A program made the translations under genes and the position numbers. The notes under the pieces are model-generated. The model saw nothing but the letters and a program-made list of their open reading frames with translations, was not told the DNA's origin and ran no database searches. A stretch of 12,013 nucleotides of DNA from Fidelibacterota bacterium (lineage in GTDB: Bacteria; Fidelibacterota; Marinisomatia; Marinisomatales; S15-B10), in NCBI GenBank assembly GCA_046861655.1, contig JBHIAI010000052.1, positions 1 to 12,013 on the forward strand. Direction: 5' to 3'. Below are positions 1-7,655 of this stretch, in pieces (position 1 is the first letter of the stretch; the number at the start of each line of letters is the position of its first letter).

Positions 1-326
1 AAACGGGAACTCTCACCAAAGGCGATCCGGTTGTAACCGATATCATAGCCATGGGAACCGCGGGGACCGACGCTGCGATTGAAGCTGCGGATACCGCACT
101 CATGGCTGATGACCTGACAAAAGTACCCTATGCGATAGAGCTTGGGAAGAGAGCGAGAAAGATTGGTATTCAGAACGTCGTTTTTTCGATATTACTTCTG
201 GCGATTCTTATCCCGTCGGCACTTCTCGGAGCGATGACGGTTGCCGTAGCGGTTTTTGTCCACGAAGGGTCAGAACTTATGGCAGTAGGCAACGGACTGC
301 GTGCGGGAAAGGGTGGAGGTACATAA
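1..326 (+). pseudogene. 3' part of a P1B-type heavy-metal-translocating ATPase (CadA/ZntA/P1B-4-like), 5' end outside the window, with an apparent in-frame deletion of the N-domain and hinge
   Basis: The frame from nt 3 reads TGTLTKGDPVVTDII-AMGTAGTDAAIEAADTALMADDLTKVPYAIELGKRARKIGIQNVVFS...VFVHEGSELMAVGNGLR. This is the tail of the DKTGTLT motif followed at once by the IAMG..GTD.A.EAAD segment and the last two TM helices with an HEG motif. The ATG at 51 in the ORF track is internal. TGDN and GDGxND motifs are absent. Confidence 0.85.
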
Positions 327-328
327 TG
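315..328 (+). promoter_or_regulatory. Shine-Dalgarno GGAGGT and an ATG overlapping the ATPase stop (TAATG)
   Basis: GGAGGT at 315-320, 5 nt spacer, ATG at 326-328 sharing a base with TAA at 324-326. Confidence 0.55.
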
Positions 329-376
329 ACAGAAGTATACCCACCACTCTGTCCAGGATCTAAAGCGGTGATCGAT

Positions 377-760
377 CTATCGAATAGGCAGCAAGTGGCC
401 CAGGATATAGCCGAGGAGAATACCCACCAGAAGAGCCACAGTGAGTACCCGGGAACGAACGACGTCTTTCGTGTACCCTTTCTTGATAGCGATCATGGAC
501 ACAAGATAGCCCAGTCCATTCACAATCCAGAAGAACGGGAGGGCGAAGATCTTGACCAGGATGGGACCCACCACCGGGATCAGGGCGATGATAGCTGCTA
601 GTCCGGCGAAGGCTTTGGTGGCCAAACCCAAGACAAGGGTGAGAAGGGCAATCACCTTTTTGTCCACCCCCAGTAGAAGTAGGACGATGGCCAGCGCCAT
701 AATTCCCGCCCACAATAAGAGAACGTTTCGATAGCTGGAGAAAAAGGTTCGTAGTTTCAT
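377..760 (-). CDS. Small integral membrane protein of unknown function (127 aa, about 4-5 hydrophobic segments)
   Basis: Strong AGGAGG RBS (765-770, minus strand) 4 nt before the ATG. Almost wholly hydrophobic with basic loops (VDKK, IKKG) and an IALIPVVGP segment. Lies 40 nt downstream of the GT2 gene on the same strand. Confidence 0.85.
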   Translation of the reverse strand: MKLRTFFSSYRNVLLLWAGIMALAIVLLLLGVDKKVIALLTLVLGLATKAFAGLAAIIALIPVVGPILVKIFALPFFWIVNGLGYLVSMIAIKKGYTKDVVRSRVLTVALLVGILLGYILGHLLPIR

Positions 761-800
761 CTAACCTCCTGTTGCCAAATATACGCCTTTCCTTCCTGAC

Positions 801-1952
801 TCAATCCGCGCTTATCGCTCGCGGCTTTTGTTTCCGTCCTTTCCACGAGACAGTAAGAAAGGACCCCAGAACGCCGAAAAAGGTCACGTACGCACTGTGC
901 CACAGTTCGGTCATCAAGAACACACCTGGATAGAAGGGGCGTTCCAGAAAGGACAGATACCGGGTTAGGAGGATACCGTCGGCCAGCATCTTCACGAACC
1001 AGGGAAGCATCCAGACCGACTGAAGCGTGGTCAAAAACTGAATCTGTCCCCCCAGGACAGACACGTTCACCAGAAAGATGAGTATCAGCGCTCCCCTAAA
1101 CTTGCTCCTAACGAAGGGGAGCACGAAATAGTCTTTCCCCTTGGAAGCAAACCGGAGACGCTGTCTCACAAAAGTAAGCAGGTCGGGTGGAGGTGGACTC
1201 TTGACCTCAGCCGCTGGCGTGAGGCAGAACGTGAGTTTCCATCCACCGGACGAGACCTTATGCATCATCAAATCATCGTCCCCGGAGGGAAAGGTCTCAA
1301 TATGGGAGTAGCCCTCCATCTGGTCGAAGACCTTCCGGCGGATGGCCAGGTTCCTTCCGCTGGCGGTGATGGACAGGCCCCGGCCCAAGCCGCCTGCTGC
1401 CAGGGCATCCTGTCCCAGGGAATCAAGAAGGAGCATCCTGTCCCACAGACCGCCGTCTTTTTCCAGGGGACTGGGTCCCGCCACCATGCCTATCCGGGGA
1501 TCACGGAACGGGGCGACCGTGGTAGAGATCCATTCTTTGTTCAGCCTGCAGTCGGCGTCGGTGAAAAGAAGGATCTCCCCCTTGGACCGGGCGACGCCCT
1601 CTGTCAGTGCCCATTTCTTGTACGACCACGAGGGTGGGGGTGGACCCGGAACTACCTGGGTAACCGAGGGGTGGGTTTTGGAGAACCGGTCCACGATGTC
1701 GCCGGTTCCGTCAGTGGAACGATCATTGACCACGATGATTTCGACTCGGTCACCGGGGTAGTCCTGATTTACTGCGTCCCGAAGAAGGGTGCCGATGGTT
1801 TTCTCTTCGTTCCGGGCGGCCACGATGATGCTTACTTCCGGTGCTTGGGCCGGCCGTGGATGGTTCTTTCCTGGCAGGGTGTTCAGACCGTTTCGGAGCC
1901 ACACCAGGACGGCCAGATAGACCAGGGTTAAGCCGACGGTAACGATGATCAC
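801..1952 (-). CDS. Membrane-bound glycosyltransferase family 2 (GT-A fold), paralog 2
   Basis: N-terminal TM helix, then VSIIVAARNEE, VNDRSTD, KK, FTDADC (DxD), GRNLA, SGDDD, QRLRF (QxxRW variant) and C-terminal TM helices. The GTG start overlaps the upstream TGA (GTGA). Confidence 0.92.
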   Translation of the reverse strand: MIIVTVGLTLVYLAVLVWLRNGLNTLPGKNHPRPAQAPEVSIIVAARNEEKTIGTLLRDAVNQDYPGDRVEIIVVNDRSTDGTGDIVDRFSKTHPSVTQVVPGPPPPSWSYKKWALTEGVARSKGEILLFTDADCRLNKEWISTTVAPFRDPRIGMVAGPSPLEKDGGLWDRMLLLDSLGQDALAAGGLGRGLSITASGRNLAIRRKVFDQMEGYSHIETFPSGDDDLMMHKVSSGGWKLTFCLTPAAEVKSPPPPDLLTFVRQRLRFASKGKDYFVLPFVRSKFRGALILIFLVNVSVLGGQIQFLTTLQSVWMLPWFVKMLADGILLTRYLSFLERPFYPGVFLMTELWHSAYVTFFGVLGSFLTVSWKGRKQKPRAISAD

Positions 1953-3070
1953 GGCTGGCGACCTCCCCAGTGGGGCCGGTTGCCCAGAAGCAGGAGGAGC
2001 CCCACCGATACCACGTAGGGAATCTGGGTGATGAACCAGACTGGAAAGGCAGGCCGAAGTTCCTTTTTTCTAAAGACTTGAGTACTGAAGAGAACGAAGA
2101 GACCTTCCGCCACGAATTTGGCTCCGATCCCTTTCACCCATGGTAAAAGTGCCGCTGGATTCCAGAGGAGACTGACTCCGATCACAAGGGGAAGGAAGTT
2201 GGCCAGGAAGATGATCACCAGAAGGGAGAACAGCAGGGGATCCCATCTCGGAATCCAGAGGGAATCGGATGCCCAACGGAGACGCTGGGAGAGGTATTGT
2301 CTTAGAGAGGATACGGGCGGGCTCGAAACGACGCTTGCGGGATCGGTAGCGAACACGATTCTCCAGGGTGAACGGTGTTTTACCTGTTGCAGCAGGAGGG
2401 TGTCGTCCCCCCCCACGGCCCGGGCAAACCGCGAGAATCCTCCTACGTCCTCATACACTTCCTTGCGGTAGGCCAGGTTTTGACCCGTACACCCGAACGG
2501 CTGGTTCCACCTGGCAGCACCCCGGGCGGCCGCCATGAGAAGGAGAAAATCGAGGGCCTGGATTCTTTCAAACTGGGAGTGCACGGGCCGGGTTTCGGAA
2601 TGACCGATGACCATGCCAACATCAGGTTGGAAATAGGAGACCATGGTCTCAATCCAGGTGCTGGACACGTGGCAGTCGGCGTCCGTCAACAGAATGATTT
2701 CCCCTGTGGCTTCACGTATCCCTAAATCGAGTGGCCGTTTCTTGAACCGCAGGCGTGAGGCAAGCCCTTCGGTGGAAAGGAGTCTCACATGGTCGTACCT
2801 ATCGGCAAAAGCACGGCCGATGTTGGGGGTGATATCGGTGGACTCGTCATCCACGATGATGATTTCCGTCTTTTCCCCTGGATAGGTCTGGTGAGTCACT
2901 TCTGTCAGGATTCGCTCCATATGGTCCTTTTCGTTTTTTGCCGGGATGACCACGGTCACCGTGGGGCTGCCGGAGTTTCCCCGGGAGGCTTTTCCAAGCA
3001 GCCCAGTGGCAAAAAACAAAACTGCGAATGCATAGAGGGCGAGGGAGAGAAAAAGGAGGAATATCAGCAA
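1949..3070 (-). CDS. Membrane-bound glycosyltransferase family 2 (GT-A fold), paralog 1
   Basis: N-terminal TM helix, then VTVVIPAKNE, VDDESTD, KK, LTDADC, GQNLAY, GGDD, QRLRW and C-terminal TM helices. TTG start 12 nt after the mgtE stop. Confidence 0.92.
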   Translation of the reverse strand: MLIFLLFLSLALYAFAVLFFATGLLGKASRGNSGSPTVTVVIPAKNEKDHMERILTEVTHQTYPGEKTEIIIVDDESTDITPNIGRAFADRYDHVRLLSTEGLASRLRFKKRPLDLGIREATGEIILLTDADCHVSSTWIETMVSYFQPDVGMVIGHSETRPVHSQFERIQALDFLLLMAAARGAARWNQPFGCTGQNLAYRKEVYEDVGGFSRFARAVGGDDTLLLQQVKHRSPWRIVFATDPASVVSSPPVSSLRQYLSQRLRWASDSLWIPRWDPLLFSLLVIIFLANFLPLVIGVSLLWNPAALLPWVKGIGAKFVAEGLFVLFSTQVFRKKELRPAFPVWFITQIPYVVSVGLLLLLGNRPHWGGRQP

Positions 3071-3082
3071 GATACCGCTTTC

Positions 3083-4471
3083 TTACGTGGCGGACAGAAG
3101 GGAGGCGGCGATCAGGAAATACAGAACGATCCCCGAAAGGTCTGTGGACGTGGTCACGAAAGGACCTGACGCCACCGCGGGATCCACGTTTAATCGCCGG
3201 AGAAGGATGGGAACCAGGGTCCCCAGAAAGGTAGCGATGAGCATGGATAAGGCTATGGCCAGCCCCACCACCAGTCCCAGACGAGGAGGCGCATCCACAA
3301 ATCTCCATGAGGCCACCAGGCCCAGGAGCAGTCCGTAAAAGAGTCCCAACACCAGTCCGATGCGGATCTGTTTCCACAGGATCTTTCCCGCCTGGGAAAG
3401 TTGAATTCTTCCCGTGGCGAAACCTCGGACGATGATGGTAGAGGATTGGGTACCCACGTTTCCTCCCATGCCAAGAATGATGGGAATAAAGGCTGGGATG
3501 GCTACCAGACTCAGGACCGATTCAAAGTACCCTGAAATCCAGGCAACGATCACACCACCGATCCACGTGGCAAAGAGCCAGGGAAGGCGAAGACGAACGT
3601 TTTCCAGAGTGGGCTTCCAGAGAAGTTCCCTGTCCCGTCCGATTCCCGCCATTTGAAGAAAGTCCTCTGTAGCCTCCTCCCGGATCACGTCGACCACGTC
3701 ATCCACCGTGACGATTCCCAGGAGGGTGCCGTCGTTGTCAACGACGGGAACGGCCAGGAGGTTATACCGGGAGACTTGCCTGGCCACTTCCTCTTGATCT
3801 GTGTCAGGGACGACGGACACCACCTCCCTGGTCATGATGTTTTTCAATTGTTCATCCGGTTGGGCGGTTACCAGATCACGAAGAGAGACGACGCCGGTCA
3901 GCCGCTTCAGATCATCGGTTACGTAGAGATAGAACACCATTTCCGCCTCCTGGGCGGTCCGGATGGATTGAATGGCGTCAGCCACTTTCGTGGTTTCAGG
4001 CAGTGAGAAGACGTTCACAGCCATTTTCCCCCCGGCGGTATCGGGGGGATAGGCCATGAGTTCTTCTACCTCTTCTGACTCTTCTTTCTTCAGGGATTCC
4101 AGGATGGCTGAGGACATTTCCTCCGGCAGGAGATGGAGGATATCCGCCATGTCGTCTGAGCTGACTTCCGAAAGGAGAGTGGCCACTTCGGATGGTTCCA
4201 GGGATTCAAGAAGCTCCCGGGTGATGGAACTGTCCAGTTCGCTCAGGAATTCCCCTGCCTGGGGCGTCTCTTTGATGACATCGAAGAGCGTGGTCCGTTC
4301 AGGTTCAGTGAAGGTCCGGAAAAGGAGGGCCAGGTCCGCCGGGTGAGTTTTGTTCAAGGCCTTTATCAGATTTGCCCTGGCCCGTCGCCTCATGAGCCGG
4401 CGGAAGGTATCCACCAAAACGGCAACTTCTGTATCCAGCATGGGACTTCTCTGAGCATATCGGTTAGCCAT
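3083..4471 (-). CDS. mgtE: Magnesium transporter MgtE
   Basis: N-domain (HPADLA, SSDDMAD), YPPDTAGG linker, CBS pair (YLYVTD..LTGVVSLRDL; YNLLAVPVVD..LLGIVTVDD), RLPWL, GMGGNVGTQS and DPAVASGPFVTTSTD. Start placed at the ATG overlapping the upstream TGA (TGATG) behind AGGAGG at 4476-4481, not at 4501. The exact start is uncertain. Confidence 0.96.
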   Translation of the reverse strand: MANRYAQRSPMLDTEVAVLVDTFRRLMRRRARANLIKALNKTHPADLALLFRTFTEPERTTLFDVIKETPQAGEFLSELDSSITRELLESLEPSEVATLLSEVSSDDMADILHLLPEEMSSAILESLKKEESEEVEELMAYPPDTAGGKMAVNVFSLPETTKVADAIQSIRTAQEAEMVFYLYVTDDLKRLTGVVSLRDLVTAQPDEQLKNIMTREVVSVVPDTDQEEVARQVSRYNLLAVPVVDNDGTLLGIVTVDDVVDVIREEATEDFLQMAGIGRDRELLWKPTLENVRLRLPWLFATWIGGVIVAWISGYFESVLSLVAIPAFIPIILGMGGNVGTQSSTIIVRGFATGRIQLSQAGKILWKQIRIGLVLGLFYGLLLGLVASWRFVDAPPRLGLVVGLAIALSMLIATFLGTLVPILLRRLNVDPAVASGPFVTTSTDLSGIVLYFLIAASLLSAT

Positions 4472-5259
4472 CATACCTCCTGAAATCTTTGTAGTCTCCA
4501 AAGGCTGATGAGTATGAGAAACAGCCCGGTGGTTAGAACTGCCGGGGAAACATGGCCCTTCCAGATATACCAGGGGTTCAAATGACTGCCCCAGTTGGTA
4601 AAGGTGAAGGCAAGACCGTTATTAACGCCGTGGAATATCATGCTGGGGAACACGGAATTGGTCCGCCAGGCCAGGTAGCCCATGAGAACGCCCAACAGGT
4701 ATATCTGAATAACGAGCCAGGGATTGAAATGGATAACAGCGAAAAACAGGCTGGTTATGAGAACCGCCCGGGTTACATCCTTCCAGTGCTTTTCGAGAGT
4801 CTGTTGGAGGAATCCCCGGAACAACGATTCCTCGGCCACGGCCGCGAACAGGACGGCACCGAAGAATAGAAGTACCAGGGAAACGGGATCCTCGGCCTGA
4901 ATCGTTTCCATGATTTGCCTGACCCAGTCGGGGGGCGGGATCACAAGGGCAATCAAGCGGTCCATTTCATCCGCCCAGACGGCAACCCCCAGAGAAAACA
5001 GGGCGGTAAGACCCAGGGTGGCCCGGGGGACGGGGCGGATCCTCAGCATCCGGCGCAAGTCAGCGTTCTTCCGGATCAAGATGACGAGCAGGGGAACGAT
5101 CAGGAGCAGTTCCCCTACCATCAGGGCCAGGGGAATGGCAAGATGGGAGGTGAGATTATTCTGGAAAAGGAGAGTTGTCCCGTAGGTGACCGAAGCAGAC
5201 AGAACAAGTGAAACGATCACAATAACGAAAGCGGTGCGTGCGCTGAAGTGCCCGTTCAT
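4471..5259 (-). CDS. CPBP family (CAAX prenyl protease type II / Abi) intramembrane glutamic endopeptidase
   Basis: Multi-TM protein with the three family motifs AEESLFRG (EExxxR), FAVIH (FxxxH) and HGVNN (HxxxN). Confidence 0.93.
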   Translation of the reverse strand: MNGHFSARTAFVIVIVSLVLSASVTYGTTLLFQNNLTSHLAIPLALMVGELLLIVPLLVILIRKNADLRRMLRIRPVPRATLGLTALFSLGVAVWADEMDRLIALVIPPPDWVRQIMETIQAEDPVSLVLLFFGAVLFAAVAEESLFRGFLQQTLEKHWKDVTRAVLITSLFFAVIHFNPWLVIQIYLLGVLMGYLAWRTNSVFPSMIFHGVNNGLAFTFTNWGSHLNPWYIWKGHVSPAVLTTGLFLILISLWRLQRFQEV

Positions 5260-5399
5260 AGCTGGGAGATATCGTGGATATGTCCCTATCCTGAGAGATC
5301 ATTTACGAAAAAAAATTAAAGAATCCATGCTGGAAAACCAAACAGAAGACCCGTGCTCCTTACGCCTCTGAGAAGGAAAATCCCTTCAGGGATGGGACC
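5260..5399. promoter_or_regulatory. Divergent intergenic region, presumed to hold promoters for both operons
   Basis: 140 nt between divergent starts, with an A-rich tract (ttacgaaaaaaaattaaagaat, about 5303-5324). No -10/-35 elements could be assigned with confidence. Confidence 0.5.
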
Positions 5400-7655
5400 G
5401 TGAACTGTAAATTGTTGTGCATGTGGACTCGTTTCTGGTACCTGCACATAGCTCTATCCCTCCTGTTTTCTTTCCCGGTTCGGGCCCAGGTGGCCCTGGA
5501 AGGGACCGTGGTGGACGCCGGCACCGGTGAAGCCGTTTCGGGTGTGAACATTGAAGTGGTGGGAACCGACAGGGGCGCCATTTCCGACCACGAGGGGAAG
5601 TTTTCGTTGGTGGTGTCCGGGGATTTTCCCCAGAGGCTGCGCATTTCCCATATCGGGTACATGCACCGGGAGGTGGAGGTGCCAGGACCGATGCCTTTGA
5701 AGATACGTCTGATCTCCAAGGTTCTGCCAGGGGAGGAGATTACGGTGGTAGGGAAACGGACTCGTTCGCAGGCTGAAGCCTCAACTGCCATGGATGTGAT
5801 AGATATGGAGGCCGTACAGCTGCAGGGGTCGCGGGATGTGGGATCGGCTTTGCGACGGTTGAGTTCGGTCATCGTGAACGAATCCCGGTCAGGGAGTCAG
5901 ACGGTCAGCATTCGCGGCAGCAATCCCAATGAGGTGGCTGTCTATCTGGACGGGGTCAAGATAAACAGCGCCCACACCGGGGTGGCGGATCTGTCCCAGC
6001 TTGACTTTTACTCCCTGGAGCACATCGAGGTCCTGCGCGGGGGCAATGCCTTTCTGTTTGGCCAGGGGAACCTGGGCGGCGTACTGAATCTGAAATCCCG
6101 GGGGGCCGAACAGAACGCGTTGGGGGCCGTCTGGGGAGAGGGGCTCTCTTTTGATGATGACCTGGATCTGTCCGTGACGGGCTCGGGCGTTCTGGGTCCG
6201 GTGGGTCTCGGAGGGCGGTTCTCAGGCAGGAGCCGGGCTTATGAAGGCCGAACCCTCACCAGCTCTGCCTTCAGTCATCTAACGGGGGACTTGGACATGG
6301 ACTGGGGAGATCTGAAAGCCCGGTGGTACAGGCTAAGAAATGCCCTCACGTTTCCTTCGGGACAGGTGGCCCTGGGTGACAATCAGATGATTTCAAGCCT
6401 CCGGTACCGGGGCAGCCTGGCGGGTCACCCGGGATGGGATGTTCTGGTGGGAACACGCAACTGGTCAGAGTCCAACTCGTTCTTTGATAACCTGGATGAA
6501 TCGTTGAGGGACCGTAACCTTTTGTACCGGGTGGACAAGGAATTCCTGATCAAATCGCTGGATGCCATGGTTCAGCTGGAGCATGAGGATCAGTCGTTTT
6601 TGGGCGATCGGACTGTCCTGGATTTCGGGTCGAATCAAACCACGCGCCACAACACGGACATCGTCCGGAATACCCAGGCCGTGGCCGCGGTCACACGGTG
6701 GATATCGAAAGGCCAGGACCCCTTACTTCGGCGATTGCAGGTGGAGCTAAGCGGTCGCCTGGACAGGATTCGGACGGAGACTTCCGACCGGGAAGAAACT
6801 TATCACGGCACAGAGGACGCTTCAGAAGGGGACCCTATGGGCGTTCAGGATAGGAGGGAAGCGGGATCCATCCAGTTCATGAACAGACGGATCGGGTTGA
6901 GAATGGAGGGGCTCACCGGGAGGTTCCGGTACTCCCTTTTCTTCAGTCAGGGAACCAACCGGCGCCTGCCCACCCTGAACGATCTTTTCGTGAAAGCCAC
7001 CACCAGCCGGGATTCCCTGCGACTTCTGCCTCTGGTGTCGGAATCCTTCAATTCCACCGAGATTAACGGGGAAATCTCCTTCACCGAATTCCTTACCACT
7101 CCCCATATATCGGAACTTTCCCTGAAAGGTGCCTTTTTCTGGAACAACTACGACAACAAAATAGGCTATCTTGAGGTTAAGGGCGTTGAGGAACTGCGGG
7201 AACCCCCCGTTGCTTACAATGAACCGGAGGCCGATATCCGGGGCTTTGAAGCCGTCGTGGTGGCTTCATTCTTCGATCATTCCCTCAGGCTGCAAATGGC
7301 CTATACTCTGCTGGATATAGAAAATCCGTTCATTTTTCCAAACCGGCCTGGATTCCGTAAGGTGGCTACAGCGGACGTTGACCTGGGTTGGTTTGTTGTC
7401 ACCTACGACAGGTTCGAAGAAGGTGAACAATTCGTTATGGGTGCATCGGTCGGCCGGCTGCTGGAACCCCGGGAGAACGCCAACCTGAGTATGACCTTGA
7501 AAAGGAAATGGCACGGCGTGGACCTGCGACTTACCTATACTATCCGGAACCTCATGTCGTCCAAGGAGAGGGTAAATCCCTCCGATCCGGACATCCTCTT
7601 TTTCAACTACTACCAGCAATACCGGCAGCTCATGACCCTGGGAGTTAATCTTTGA
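5400..7655 (+). CDS. TonB-dependent outer-membrane receptor with N-terminal carboxypeptidase-regulatory-like domain
   Basis: Signal peptide (..SLLFSFPVRA|QV); GTVVDAGTGEAVSGVNI..SDHEGKFSL..ISHIGY N-terminal domain; EEITVVG TonB-box-like segment; plug motifs SIRGS..VYLDGV and IEVLRG..LFGQGNLGGVLNL; amphipathic beta-strand C-terminus (LMTLGVNL). The start may be GTG 5400 or ATG 5421. Confidence 0.9.
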   Translation: MNCKLLCMWTRFWYLHIALSLLFSFPVRAQVALEGTVVDAGTGEAVSGVNIEVVGTDRGAISDHEGKFSLVVSGDFPQRLRISHIGYMHREVEVPGPMPLKIRLISKVLPGEEITVVGKRTRSQAEASTAMDVIDMEAVQLQGSRDVGSALRRLSSVIVNESRSGSQTVSIRGSNPNEVAVYLDGVKINSAHTGVADLSQLDFYSLEHIEVLRGGNAFLFGQGNLGGVLNLKSRGAEQNALGAVWGEGLSFDDDLDLSVTGSGVLGPVGLGGRFSGRSRAYEGRTLTSSAFSHLTGDLDMDWGDLKARWYRLRNALTFPSGQVALGDNQMISSLRYRGSLAGHPGWDVLVGTRNWSESNSFFDNLDESLRDRNLLYRVDKEFLIKSLDAMVQLEHEDQSFLGDRTVLDFGSNQTTRHNTDIVRNTQAVAAVTRWISKGQDPLLRRLQVELSGRLDRIRTETSDREETYHGTEDASEGDPMGVQDRREAGSIQFMNRRIGLRMEGLTGRFRYSLFFSQGTNRRLPTLNDLFVKATTSRDSLRLLPLVSESFNSTEINGEISFTEFLTTPHISELSLKGAFFWNNYDNKIGYLEVKGVEELREPPVAYNEPEADIRGFEAVVVASFFDHSLRLQMAYTLLDIENPFIFPNRPGFRKVATADVDLGWFVVTYDRFEEGEQFVMGASVGRLLEPRENANLSMTLKRKWHGVDLRLTYTIRNLMSSKERVNPSDPDILFFNYYQQYRQLMTLGVNL

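Noticed and set aside
51..326. 91-aa ORF as a standalone small protein
   Set aside because: The frame is open back to the window edge and includes TGTLT. The ATG is the Met of the conserved IAMG motif.
328..353. Hairpin gacaga(a)gt...actctgtc between convergent genes as a terminator
   Set aside because: Short bulged stem with no U-tract on either strand; too weak to call.
1260..1931. 223-aa plus-strand ORF and other ORFs overlapping the GT2, mgtE and CPBP genes
   Set aside because: Antisense or off-frame shadows of well-supported genes with no recognisable motifs, as expected in GC-rich coding DNA.
4472..4501. mgtE N-terminal extension from ATG 4501
   Set aside because: Overlaps the CPBP gene by 31 nt. 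The AGGAGG lies downstream of it and supports a start near 4471.
5260..5399. Riboswitch (cobalamin/TPP for the receptor, M-box for mgtE) or Fur box
   Set aside because: No conserved riboswitch or GATAATGAT-like motif seen. Only a small atccc-ttca-gggat hairpin near 5380-5393, which could be chance.
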